From assembly GCA_947476215.1 (NCBI GenBank), contig CANJQI010000001.1:29260-93259 (forward strand): DNA of 64,000 nt. The letters run 5' to 3'. This stretch comes from Betaproteobacteria bacterium (GTDB lineage Bacteria > Pseudomonadota > Gammaproteobacteria > Burkholderiales > SG8-41). Shown here piece after piece: positions 51,065-59,808 of the stretch (position 1 is its first letter; the number at the start of each line of letters is the position of its first letter). Under the pieces are notes generated by a model that did no database searches, was not told where the DNA came from, and saw nothing but the letters and a program-made list of their open reading frames with translations. A program made the position numbers and the translations under genes.

Positions 51065-52099
51065 CTAGTTCTGTGAAAGCGCACTCGACAGCAACTTTGC
51101 AGTGATGTCGACGATGGGGATCACGCGCTCGTAAGCCATGCGTGTCGGTCCGATCACGCCCAGCGTCCCCACAACCTTGCCGTCGACTTCGTACGGGGCG
51201 GTGACTATGCTGCACTCGTCGAGTGGCACCAGCCCGGACTCGCCGCCTATGAATATCTGCACGCCCTGCGCGCGATTGCTGACGTTCAGCAGTTGCAAAA
51301 GGCTCGCTTTCTTGTCGAACAGGTCGAACAGCTTGCGCAGGCTGTCCATGTTGCCGGACAGATCGTGTACCTGCAGCAAATTGCGCTCTCCGGAAATGAC
51401 CACTTCGTCAGACGCTTCCTGGAGTGCCTGACCGCCGACTTCGACCGCGGCAGTCATCAGGCGCGACATGCTTTCGCGCAGTTGTTTGAGTTCGTCATGA
51501 ATGCGCAGGCGAATTTCATCGAACGAACAGCCGGCGAAGTTCTGATTCAGGATATTGGCCGCCTCGACCAGCTCGGACTGGGTATGGCCGCGATCGGTGG
51601 TGAGGATGCGATTCTGCACGTCGCCCTCGGGCGAGACGATGATCAGCAGGATGCGTTTGTCCGTCAGGCTTACGAATTCGATGTGTTTGAACATCGCGGC
51701 GCGACGCGGCGTCATGACCAGACCCGCGAAGTGCGTCAGTTCCGACAGCAGGAGAGAGGCCGATGAAACGAGTTTTTGGCGGTTTTCGGTGTGCAACTGC
51801 CCTTCGAGCTGATGTATCTCAACGTTGTCTAGCGGTTTGATGGTCAGCAGGGTGTCGACGAAAAAGCGGTAGCCACGCGGCGTCGGTATGCGTCCGGCGG
51901 ACGTATGCGGACTGGCGATAAATCCCATCTCCTCGAGGTCCGCCATCACGTTGCGGATGCTGGCCGGCGACAGATCGAGGCCGGATACCTTGGACAGCGC
52001 GCGTGAACCCACCGGTTGCCCGTCGGTAATATAGCGCTCGACCAGAGCCTTGAGCAGTGTCTGGGCGCGATCGTTGAGGTACGGTATTTCCTGACTCAT
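51065..52099 (-). CDS. hrcA: heat-inducible transcription repressor HrcA
   Basis: N-terminal winged helix ([26 protein letters not shown]) and full-length HrcA pattern; 344 aa. Confidence 0.95.
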   Translation of the reverse strand: MSQEIPYLNDRAQTLLKALVERYITDGQPVGSRALSKVSGLDLSPASIRNVMADLEEMGFIASPHTSAGRIPTPRGYRFFVDTLLTIKPLDNVEIHQLEGQLHTENRQKLVSSASLLLSELTHFAGLVMTPRRAAMFKHIEFVSLTDKRILLIIVSPEGDVQNRILTTDRGHTQSELVEAANILNQNFAGCSFDEIRLRIHDELKQLRESMSRLMTAAVEVGGQALQEASDEVVISGERNLLQVHDLSGNMDSLRKLFDLFDKKASLLQLLNVSNRAQGVQIFIGGESGLVPLDECSIVTAPYEVDGKVVGTLGVIGPTRMAYERVIPIVDITAKLLSSALSQN

Positions 52100-52132
52100 G
52101 AATTTATTCTACACAAATAGATGGTCAACCGG

Positions 52133-52167
52133 GTAAACAGTGAACGTTGAGCCGTAAACGGCGAGCG
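52133..52167 (-). repeat. 7-nt periodic tract (5 units) upstream of hrcA
   Basis: The minus strand reads cgctcgc cgtttac ggctcaa cgttcac tgtttac, ending 33 nt before the hrcA ATG. Confidence 0.75.
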
Positions 52168-52217
52168 CGATGTCACGATAGACGCGTGTTTCCCGGCACT
52201 TTCCGCCTGCGACTTGC

Positions 52218-52238
52218 GGTTCACCGTTCGCCGTAATC
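52218..52238 (+). repeat. 7-nt periodic tract (3 units) upstream of nadK
   Basis: ggttcac cgttcgc cgtaatc, ending 17 nt before ATG 52256. Opposite orientation to the hrcA tract in the same divergent intergenic region. Confidence 0.7.
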
Positions 52239-52255
52239 TATGGTTTAATGCGGTC

Positions 52256-53128
52256 ATGAATACATCATTCAAGACCGTGGGCCTGATCGGTAAATACAAG
52301 AGCCCGGAGATCGCGGGTCCGTTGCTCAAGCTGGGTGAGTTTCTCGCCCGACGCGGCGTCACCGTATTGGTCGACACACTGACCGCCGCGAACATAGGCG
52401 AGAGCGGATACCCGGTTTTGGCGCTAGAGGAAATCGGGCAACAGGCGGATCTGGCCATCGTCATTGGGGGCGATGGAACCATGCTCAACATCGCGCGCAC
52501 GCTTGCGCCATTTGATGTTGCCCTGGTGGGTGTCAACCAGGGCAGGCTGGGATTCCTGACCGATATCTCGATAGATACCATGTTCGAAACCATAGGCAGC
52601 ATACTCGATGGTTCCTACGTGACCGAGGAACGCATGCTGCTCAAAGCCGAAGTCATCAGCAGCGAGCGCACGGTTTTTGACGTGCTGGCTTTCAATGATG
52701 CCGTTGTTACCAAGGGTATCAAGGGCAGCATGATAGAGTTCGAAGTCAAGATAGATGGGAAACACCTGTATACACTGCGCTCCGACGGTTTCATCGTCGC
52801 CACACCCACCGGGTCCACGGCGTACGCCTTGTCCGCCGGCGGCCCTGTCGTACACCCGTCGTTGTCCGTGATGTCGCTGGTGCCGATATGCCCGCACACA
52901 TTTTCAAGCCGGCCTGTGGTGATCAGCAGCGACAGCGTGGTGGAAATCGCAATCAGCAGCGCCGCCAACGCGCGCGCTCACTTTGACAGCCACTCACGCT
53001 TCGATCTGCGTGATAGGGATCGCGTCATCGTAAGACGCTATGAACATACAATACGCCTGCTACATCCGGTGGGCCACGATTACTACAATATGCTGCGCGG
53101 CAAGCTGCACTGGACAGAGTCGTACTGA
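52256..53128 (+). CDS. nadK: NAD(+) kinase
   Basis: GGDGTML motif and MNTSFKTVGLIGKYKSP N-terminus. The track ORF opens at 52214, but the internal Met at 52256 fits the family. Confidence 0.9.
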   Translation: MNTSFKTVGLIGKYKSPEIAGPLLKLGEFLARRGVTVLVDTLTAANIGESGYPVLALEEIGQQADLAIVIGGDGTMLNIARTLAPFDVALVGVNQGRLGFLTDISIDTMFETIGSILDGSYVTEERMLLKAEVISSERTVFDVLAFNDAVVTKGIKGSMIEFEVKIDGKHLYTLRSDGFIVATPTGSTAYALSAGGPVVHPSLSVMSLVPICPHTFSSRPVVISSDSVVEIAISSAANARAHFDSHSRFDLRDRDRVIVRRYEHTIRLLHPVGHDYYNMLRGKLHWTESY

Positions 53129-53197
53129 GGGCGGCATGACGGCGGGGGGCGAAAATACGAAGAGGTTGGCTGGCGTCAGCGTGGGCGCGGTCTTTTT

Positions 53198-53224
53198 TCA
53201 TCCCTCATCCCTCATCCCTCAACC
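53198..53224 (+). repeat. perfect tandem heptamer (TCATCCC) x3 plus a partial unit, upstream of recN
   Basis: tcatccc tcatccc tcatccc tcaacc, ending 11 nt before the recN GTG start (53236). Confidence 0.9.
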
Positions 53225-53235
53225 TTAGTTCTAAA

Positions 53236-54888
53236 GTGCTCCGTTCCCTTTGCATTCGTGATTTCGTGATCGTCGACCGTGTCGATCTCGAATTTGAAGA
53301 AGGTTTCACGGTTCTGACCGGAGAAACCGGCGCCGGCAAGTCCATCCTGATAGACGCGCTGGCGATGGTGCTCGGACAGCGCGCCGATGCCGACGTAGTT
53401 CGGCAGGGGGCGGAGAAAGCCGAAATCAGCGCCGAGTTCGACGCGGGCGCCTTGCACGCATGGCTAAACGACAACGATCTGACCGGTGATGACGATAGTT
53501 GCCTAGTGCGGCGTGTGATCGATGGCGGTGGACGTTCGCGTGCGTTTATCAACGGCCGCGGCGTAACGCTCGCGCAGTTGCGGGAGGCGGGAGAGTTCCT
53601 GATCGATATTCATGGGCAGCACGAACATCAGTCGCTGTTGCGTCCGGCCGCGCAGCGCAGCCTGCTTGACGCCTATGGCGGCCTGGGCGACATGGCGCAG
53701 GCCGTCGCGGCGGCGTGGCGCCGTAGCCAGGAAATTCGTCAAAACCTGACTCTGCTTGAAACCAATGCAGCGGCATTTGCCGCCGAGCGCGAACAACTTG
53801 AATGGCAGGTGCGCGAACTCGACGCGTTGCGGTTCAGTCCGGCGGAGTGGCAGGAACTTCAGGCAGAGCATGCACGTCTCGCGCATGCGCAGAGCCTGAT
53901 TGAGGGAACTCAGATTGCGGCCGAGTTGTTGTCCGAGGGTGATCATGCGGGTCTCGCGCAGCTTGCGGCGGTGTCGTCCGGACTTGACCGCCTGCTTGAA
54001 TATGATGCGCGTCTCAAGGAAATCGTCGACGTCATTGCCTCGGCCCAGGCGCAGGCCCAGGAGGCTGCTTATATGCTGCGCGACTATCAGCAGCGTCTCG
54101 ATATCGATCCGCGACGCATCCGGGAAGTGGAGCAGCGCCTGGATGCGGTACACGCAAGCGCGCGTAAGTATCGCGCTACGCCTGAAACTATCCCGGATGC
54201 GCTCGATCGCGCCCGAGCGCGTCTGGACCAGTTGGGCGGTAACGACGACTTGGAGGCGCTGCGTGTGCGGGTTGCCGAGGCTCATGCCGCCTTTTTGGCC
54301 GAGGCCGGCAAGTTGAGCGCGGGTCGCGGCAAGGCCGCAAAGGCGCTGTCAGCGAAAGTTACCGCGGCGATGCAGACACTGGCCCTGGCCGGCGGCAGTT
54401 TCGAGGTTGCATTGACCCGATTGCCCGAAGGCAAAAGCAGTGGCCTTGAGCAAGTCGAATTTCTCGTGTCGGCGCACAAGGGCATTGCGGCGAGGCCGTT
54501 GGCGAAGGTTGCATCGGGAGGCGAATTGTCGCGCATCAGTCTCGCGATACAGGCCGCGACGAGCGAGATCGCGCTGGTGCCGACGCTGATATTCGATGAA
54601 GTCGACGCCGGCATAGGCGGGCGCGTGGCGGAGATCGTCGGCCAGATGCTGAAGAAGCTTGGCAGTAAGCATCAGGTCATGTGCATTACTCATTTGCCGC
54701 AGGTCGCCGCTTCCGCCGACAGTCAGTGGCAGGTTACGAAAAGCACGAGTGGCGGCAAAGTCGTGAGCCGTGTTGTGGCGCTCGACGATAAACAGCGCGT
54801 TGAGGAAATTGCACGCATGCTCGGTGGAGTTAAAATCACCGAGACGACGCGCAGACACGCAGCAGAGATGCTGGGCGTCAAGTTCTGA
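53236..54888 (+). CDS. recN: DNA repair protein RecN
   Basis: MLRSLCIRDFVIVD..., Walker A GETGAGKS, coiled-coil middle and C-terminal SGGELSRISLA signature; 550 aa. Confidence 0.95.
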   Translation: MLRSLCIRDFVIVDRVDLEFEEGFTVLTGETGAGKSILIDALAMVLGQRADADVVRQGAEKAEISAEFDAGALHAWLNDNDLTGDDDSCLVRRVIDGGGRSRAFINGRGVTLAQLREAGEFLIDIHGQHEHQSLLRPAAQRSLLDAYGGLGDMAQAVAAAWRRSQEIRQNLTLLETNAAAFAAEREQLEWQVRELDALRFSPAEWQELQAEHARLAHAQSLIEGTQIAAELLSEGDHAGLAQLAAVSSGLDRLLEYDARLKEIVDVIASAQAQAQEAAYMLRDYQQRLDIDPRRIREVEQRLDAVHASARKYRATPETIPDALDRARARLDQLGGNDDLEALRVRVAEAHAAFLAEAGKLSAGRGKAAKALSAKVTAAMQTLALAGGSFEVALTRLPEGKSSGLEQVEFLVSAHKGIAARPLAKVASGGELSRISLAIQAATSEIALVPTLIFDEVDAGIGGRVAEIVGQMLKKLGSKHQVMCITHLPQVAASADSQWQVTKSTSGGKVVSRVVALDDKQRVEEIARMLGGVKITETTRRHAAEMLGVKF

Positions 54889-54924
54889 TTTTCAGGGCAC
54901 CGGATCTGAAAGGAGTGCAATAAA

Positions 54925-55461
54925 ATGGATAAAGTGACACTGGTAATTCCGGAAGCCCCTATTCCGGTCGTTGCCGCGGCCGTCGCTCAGCGCAAGATTG
55001 GAAAAGACGGCGTGCGGCTTGGGGTATTGGACAACAGCAAGGGCAATGCGGATCACTTGCTCAGATTCCTCGTCGAGGGCTTGCGCGCCTTGGTGCCGGT
55101 GGCATCGGTGGTTTCGCTGTACAAGGACAAGGCCAGTCAGCCGGCGCCCAAGCAGGTGCTGGACCAACTTGCGGCGGAGGCCGACTTTGTCGTCTCCGCG
55201 ATGGCGGATTGAGGGTCGTGCACGTCGTGGAGTGTCCACGACATGGCTGAACTCAGAAAACGCGGACTCTCCACGGCGGTGATTTCCACCGAATCCTTCG
55301 TCAAGCTGGGAAAAACGCAGGCGCGCGTATTCGGTGTGCCGGATCTGCCGCTGGTGCTGATACCGCATCCTCTCGGCGGTATTTCGCTGGAACAGGTGGA
55401 AGGCCGGGCTCATGTCGCCATCCCACAGATCGCGGCACTGATCAAGGAGCAGTTGAAATGA
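54925..55461 (+). CDS. probable selenoprotein with a U-G-S-C motif (UGA 55210-55212 read as selenocysteine); function unknown
   Basis: Track ORFs 54925..55212 and 55243..55461 share one frame and are separated by a single TGA. Read-through gives 178 aa with ...DFVVSAMAD-U-GSCTSWSVHDMAELRKRGLSTAVI.... Strong SD (AAGGAG) 9 nt before ATG 54925. A SECIS-like hairpin starts 11 nt after the UGA. Confidence 0.75.
55224..55242 (+). promoter_or_regulatory. candidate bacterial SECIS hairpin
   Basis: GTCGTGGA-GTG-TCCACGAC, a perfect 8-bp (or 7-bp plus AGUGU loop) stem beginning exactly 11 nt 3' of UGA 55210-55212. The apical loop contains G/U. Confidence 0.6.
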
Positions 55462-56573
55462 CTGATCTTGCCGAACTGCTCAGAGCCGAGGACGCCAGCC
55501 TCGAAGCGGACAACGATTTCGATCGGATTAACGAGCTATGCCTGGCGCGCGGATGGAGCGACGGATTGCCCATCGTGCCGCCGACCGCGCAGCGCGTTGA
55601 AAAAATGCTCGCGTACTGCGATCGTCCGTGGGACCGGCCGATTGCGAGAATCGCGCCGCGCTATGGCGAGGCGACTCCATTGCGGCTGGCTGCCAATGCG
55701 GTCATGGCCGGGTGCCGGCCGGTATACTTTCCGCTGTTTATGCTCGCGATTGAAGCCATGTGCGAGGAACCGTTTAACTTATACGGCATACAGGCGACGA
55801 CACATCCAGTTGCGGTACTGACTATCGTGAACGGGCCGATCGCCAGCGAACTTGGTATCAATGCCGGGCACAACGCATTCGGGCCGGGTACGCATAGCAA
55901 TGCCACCATAGGTAGGGCCATCCGGCTTGCACAGTTGAACATCGGGGGGGCGATCCCGACGCTCGGTGACATGGCGACGCAGGGTTCACCCGCAAAATAT
56001 GGATATTTCGCCGCCGAGAACGAAGCCGCGAGTCCGTGGTCGCCGCTGCATGTGGAGCGTGGCTACCCGGCGCAAGCCAGCACCGTGACGCTCATAGGCG
56101 CAGAAGGTCCACACAATGTCAATGACCATGAAAGCCTGAGCGCCGAGGGGGTGCTGATTACGATCGCCGGTACCATGGCGACCACCGGCTGCAATGATCT
56201 GTACTACGACTCTCAGCCGCTGATCGCATTCGGTCCGGAGCATGCGAAGACCGTGGCTGACGGCGGATTCAGCAAGGCGGATGTTAAAAAGTTTTTGTAT
56301 GAGCATGCACGACAGCCGTTGGGCAAATTCTCCAAGGATAATATCGAACGCCGCTTCCGAATGAAACTCAAGGACGCTTATGCCAGCGCCGGGCTGGATA
56401 CCTTGGTGCCTATCGCGCCCAGCGCGGACAGCCTCATCATTGCCGTGATCGGCGGTGCGGGCAAGCATTCGGCGGTGATACCGACGTTTGGTTCGACCAA
56501 GTCGGTGACGCGTGCGTTGAAACTGAAAGATGGGCGACTGGCGAGTTCGGTGGAGGAGTTTCGGGCTGGTTAA
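55458..56573 (+). CDS. conserved-looking protein of unknown function, translationally coupled to the putative selenoprotein
   Basis: 371-aa soluble protein (…LCLARGWSDGLPIVPPTAQRVEKML…AGCRPVYFPL…YGIQATTHPVAVLTIVNGP…). Its ATG overlaps the upstream stop as ATGA, and AAGGAG lies 8 nt upstream. I recognise no family. Confidence 0.7.
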   Translation: MTDLAELLRAEDASLEADNDFDRINELCLARGWSDGLPIVPPTAQRVEKMLAYCDRPWDRPIARIAPRYGEATPLRLAANAVMAGCRPVYFPLFMLAIEAMCEEPFNLYGIQATTHPVAVLTIVNGPIASELGINAGHNAFGPGTHSNATIGRAIRLAQLNIGGAIPTLGDMATQGSPAKYGYFAAENEAASPWSPLHVERGYPAQASTVTLIGAEGPHNVNDHESLSAEGVLITIAGTMATTGCNDLYYDSQPLIAFGPEHAKTVADGGFSKADVKKFLYEHARQPLGKFSKDNIERRFRMKLKDAYASAGLDTLVPIAPSADSLIIAVIGGAGKHSAVIPTFGSTKSVTRALKLKDGRLASSVEEFRAG

Positions 56574-56574
56574 C

Positions 56575-57006
56575 CTAGCTTTTAGCCTTATAAGGACAAT
56601 TCGTCTTAATGCAATCCACGTATAAATGTAACGAATGTTCGTGTATGGTGAAGCCGCGTTCTTGGGCGATTTCGGTTTGCCGTTTTTCGATCGCTTCGTC
56701 GTAGAACTCCTCGACGTGGTCGCATTGCAGGCATACTAGGTGATCGTGGTGCCCGCCCTGATTCAGCTCATATACCGCTTTGCCGCTTTCAAAATGATGG
56801 CGTACCAGTAGTCCGGCGCGCTCGAATTGCGTTAAAACCCGGTAAACAGTGGCTAGTCCGGTATCGGTGCCATCCTTGAGCATGAGCTTGTAGATGTCTT
56901 CGGCGGAAAGATGCCGGACGTTGCTGCTTTGGAACAGCTCTAGTATGCGCAGACGCGGCAAGGTGGCCTTGAGGCCTATGGTTTTGAGGTCGGTCGGGGA
57001 ACTCAT
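56575..57006 (-). CDS. fur: ferric uptake regulator
   Basis: Fur-family winged helix and metal-site motifs HHDHLVCLQCDHVEEF and HEHSLHLYVDC; 143 aa. Confidence 0.9.
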   Translation of the reverse strand: MSSPTDLKTIGLKATLPRLRILELFQSSNVRHLSAEDIYKLMLKDGTDTGLATVYRVLTQFERAGLLVRHHFESGKAVYELNQGGHHDHLVCLQCDHVEEFYDEAIEKRQTEIAQERGFTIHEHSLHLYVDCIKTNCPYKAKS

Positions 57007-57114
57007 TTGCGGTGCGGGCGTCGTAGTAAGGGCGGTGGCGTGTGGGCTGCGTTATCATACTAGGTTTTAACTAGGCAAAGTGTCACGGTCATACGCCGTG
57101 CATCGTAGCGTTAT

Positions 57115-57657
57115 ATGTTTATGAAGATACTCACTATCCTGTTGTCGTTGCTGGCTTTCGCCGGCTGCAAGCAGTTGCCTGACGTGCCGACGGCGATCAG
57201 CCCATATCGCATCGATATACAGCAGGGCAATGTTGTGACCCAGGAGATGATATCCAAACTCAAGCTGGGCATGACACGCTCGCAGGTGCGGTTCGCGTTG
57301 GGTTCGCCGCTGGTTGTCGATCCGTTTCGCACGGATCGCTGGGACTACGTCTACATGTTTCAAAAGCAGGGCAAGGAACTGGAGCGGCGCAATATAACGG
57401 TCATATTCGAGGACGAGAAACTTGCGCGCATCGATGGAGACGTGGTCGCATTGCCGCAGGCGATCAAGGCCCTGGAGCCGCCGGCCGCCAAGCCTCCCGC
57501 CACCTCAAAACCGGAAGTCAAACCTGCAGCCCAACCGGCGGATAAACCGGCTGCCACTACGGGGAATAACTCAGAGGCCGCGAAGGCTGATGCAGCGAAA
57601 GACAATCCCAAGGACGAAAAGGGATTCTTCGGACGCATGCGGGACAGGATTTTCTAA
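57115..57657 (+). CDS. bamE: outer membrane protein assembly factor BamE (SmpA/OmlA) with a low-complexity C-terminal extension
   Basis: Lipobox LAFAGC, a BamE core (IDIQQGNVVTQEMISKLKLGMTRSQVRFALGSP...DRWDYVY), then an Ala/Pro/Lys-rich tail. Confidence 0.85.
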   Translation: MFMKILTILLSLLAFAGCKQLPDVPTAISPYRIDIQQGNVVTQEMISKLKLGMTRSQVRFALGSPLVVDPFRTDRWDYVYMFQKQGKELERRNITVIFEDEKLARIDGDVVALPQAIKALEPPAAKPPATSKPEVKPAAQPADKPAATTGNNSEAAKADAAKDNPKDEKGFFGRMRDRIF

Positions 57658-57666
57658 AATTCGGAT

Positions 57667-58482
57667 ATGAACACCATGGTTGAACTCAAAATTGCAGTGG
57701 CAGGCAGCTCCGGGCGCATGGGGCGCGAACTGCTGGCTGCAGTGTTGCACGGCAATGACCTTGCTTTGGGCGCTGCGCTTGAACAGCCCGGCAACGTGTG
57801 CCTGAACAAGGATGCGGGAGATTTGGTCGGCTTGCCGTGCGGAATTGCGATCAGCGCCGATGCGGATAAAAGTCTTGCGGGTTGCGACACATTGATCGAC
57901 TTCACCCGTCCCGAAGGGACATTGGCTTATCTTGCCGTTTGCCGGAGACTGGGCGTGAAGATGGTGATAGGCACGACGGGTTTCACCGAAGACCAGAAGA
58001 AAATCATAGCCGAGGGCGCGCGTGATATCGCGATTGTGATGGCGCCAAATATGAGCGTGGGCACCAATCTGGTTTTCAAACTCGCCGATGTTGCCGCGCG
58101 CGTTTTAAACGAAGGTTATGACGTGGAGATCATCGAGGCCCACCATAAGCACAAGATCGATGCACCTTCCGGCACCGCTCTGCACATCGGCGAGATTATC
58201 GCGACGGCGCAAGACAAAAAACTTGCTGATTGCGCGGTTTACGGTCGTGAAGGCGTGACCGGCGAACGTAAATCCTCGACCATAGGTTTCTCGGCGGTGC
58301 GCGGCGGTGACATCGTCGGCGAGCACACCGTCATGTTCGCGGGAACCGGCGAGCGCGTCGAGATTGTCGTTAGGTCCGGCAGTCGTGCGACCTATGCTCA
58401 GGGCGCTGTTCGCGCGGCGCGTTTCCTGGCCGGTAAGAAAAACGGCCTGTATGACATGCAGGACGTGCTGGCCCTGCGTTAG
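57667..58482 (+). CDS. dapB: 4-hydroxy-tetrahydrodipicolinate reductase
   Basis: VAGSSGRMG NAD(P) motif and EAHHKHKIDAPSGTA signature; 271 aa. Confidence 0.95.
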   Translation: MNTMVELKIAVAGSSGRMGRELLAAVLHGNDLALGAALEQPGNVCLNKDAGDLVGLPCGIAISADADKSLAGCDTLIDFTRPEGTLAYLAVCRRLGVKMVIGTTGFTEDQKKIIAEGARDIAIVMAPNMSVGTNLVFKLADVAARVLNEGYDVEIIEAHHKHKIDAPSGTALHIGEIIATAQDKKLADCAVYGREGVTGERKSSTIGFSAVRGGDIVGEHTVMFAGTGERVEIVVRSGSRATYAQGAVRAARFLAGKKNGLYDMQDVLALR

Positions 58483-58574
58483 CGTTTGCCGCATTGATGC
58501 GAAAATTTCAAATGGAATCAGACGCCTGAGCAAACATTGCACGCGGATAATCGCGATCCATGCATTGATGGTTG

Positions 58575-58599
58575 GGCGTGATTCGCGTATAATCACGCC
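58575..58599. promoter_or_regulatory. perfect 9-bp inverted repeat overlapping a TATAAT box upstream of carA (candidate operator plus promoter)
   Basis: GGCGTGATT-cgcgtat-AATCACGCC. TATAAT at 58588-58593 spans the spacer and right arm. Confidence 0.4.
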
Positions 58600-58604
58600 A
58601 ATTA

Positions 58605-58631
58605 GCGGGACTGGTCACTGACCTGTCCCGC
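58605..58631 (+). promoter_or_regulatory. strong leader hairpin between the putative carA promoter and the carA start
   Basis: GCGGGACTGGTCA-C-TGACCTGTCCCGC (13-bp stem with one mismatch) followed by TTTCC. It lies 29 nt before the GTG start at 58660. Confidence 0.4.
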
Positions 58632-58659
58632 TTTCCATATCTGCCCCCGGGAGTTCGAC

Positions 58660-59808
58660 GTGTCACAACGTAAACCAGCCATCCTAGTTCTACAAGATGG
58701 CACGGTTTTTCGGGGCACGTCGATAGGCGCGGACGGTTTGTCGACCGGAGAAGTCGTGTTTAACACGGCGATGACCGGCTATCAGGAAATCCTGACCGAT
58801 CCATCCTATTGCCGCCAGATCGTTACGCTGACCTATCCGCATATCGGCAACACCGGCACCAACGACGAGGATGTGGAGTCGGATAAAGTGCATGCGGCTG
58901 GCCTGGTGATACGCGACCTGCCGTTGCTGGCGAGCAACTGGCGCAATACGCAGGATCTGGGTGCGTACCTGCGACAGCAAAATGTTGTTGCCATCGCCGA
59001 TATCGATACCCGCAAACTGACGCGTATCCTGCGCGAAAAAGGCGCGCAGAGCGGATGCTTGATGGGCGGCGACGTCGATGAACTGGCAGCGCTGAAGTCC
59101 GCGCGCGGGTTCCCGGGACTGACCGGTATGGATCTCGCCAAGGTGGTGAGCTGCACAAAACCCTACGGCTGGAACGAAACGACGTGGGAGCTGGGGCGTG
59201 GATATGGCAGGCAGGTGTCGCCAAGATTCCGTGTCGTGGCCTATGATTTTGGAATCAAACGCAATATTTCGCGCATGTTGGCAGCACGTGGTTGCGGCCT
59301 GGACGTTGTTCCCGCGCAAACGCCAGCGCGCGACGTGCTGGCGCGTAAGCCTGACGGCGTATTCCTGTCCAACGGGCCAGGCGATCCGGAGCCGTGCGAC
59401 TATGCGATTCAGGCGATCCGTGAAATTGTCGAATCCGGTGTTCCGGTTTTCGGCATATGTCTTGGGCACCAGCTGCTGGCACTGGCGAGTGGCGCCCGGA
59501 CCATGAAAATGAAATTCGGCCATCATGGCGCGAATCATCCGGTGCAGGATCTTGAGTCGGGCCGCGTCATGATAACGAGCCAGAATCACGGATTCGCGGT
59601 TGATGCGGCGACGCTGCCGGCCAATGTGCGCGTCACGCATAAATCCTTGTTCGACGGCACTCTGCAGGGGTTTGCGCGCACCGATCGGCCTGCGTTCTGT
59701 TTTCAGGGGCATCCCGAGGCCAGCCCCGGGCCGCATGACGTGGATTATTTATTCGATCGTTTTGTGGTGACGATGGAAAAACACAAGGCCGCGGCCGGAC
59801 ATGCCTAA
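58660..59808 (+). CDS. carA: carbamoyl-phosphate synthase small (glutaminase) subunit
   Basis: GATase active site GICLGHQLL and a CPSase small-chain N-domain; 382 aa; GTG start after GGGAG. Confidence 0.95.
   Translation: MSQRKPAILVLQDGTVFRGTSIGADGLSTGEVVFNTAMTGYQEILTDPSYCRQIVTLTYPHIGNTGTNDEDVESDKVHAAGLVIRDLPLLASNWRNTQDLGAYLRQQNVVAIADIDTRKLTRILREKGAQSGCLMGGDVDELAALKSARGFPGLTGMDLAKVVSCTKPYGWNETTWELGRGYGRQVSPRFRVVAYDFGIKRNISRMLAARGCGLDVVPAQTPARDVLARKPDGVFLSNGPGDPEPCDYAIQAIREIVESGVPVFGICLGHQLLALASGARTMKMKFGHHGANHPVQDLESGRVMITSQNHGFAVDAATLPANVRVTHKSLFDGTLQGFARTDRPAFCFQGHPEASPGPHDVDYLFDRFVVTMEKHKAAAGHA

Noticed and set aside
52100-52255. CIRCE operator or leaderless promoter upstream of hrcA
   Set aside because: No TTAGCACTC-N9-GAGTGCTAA is present. 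The TTGACC…TAAATT pair would place the TSS inside the gene, so it was not called.
55243-55461. Independent 72-aa gene starting at ATG 55243 (GGAG 10 nt upstream)
   Set aside because: It is possible, but it shares a frame with the upstream ORF across a single TGA. The junction reads D-U-GSC and a hairpin sits at SECIS distance, so I favour one selenoprotein gene. It remains the explicit alternative hypothesis.
57007-57114. Fur box in the fur-bamE divergent region
   Set aside because: Only a weak partial match (gttatcatact) to GATAATGATAATCATTATC, which is not enough to call.
58690-59736. 348-aa minus-strand ORF
   Set aside because: Antisense shadow of carA, with no motif content.
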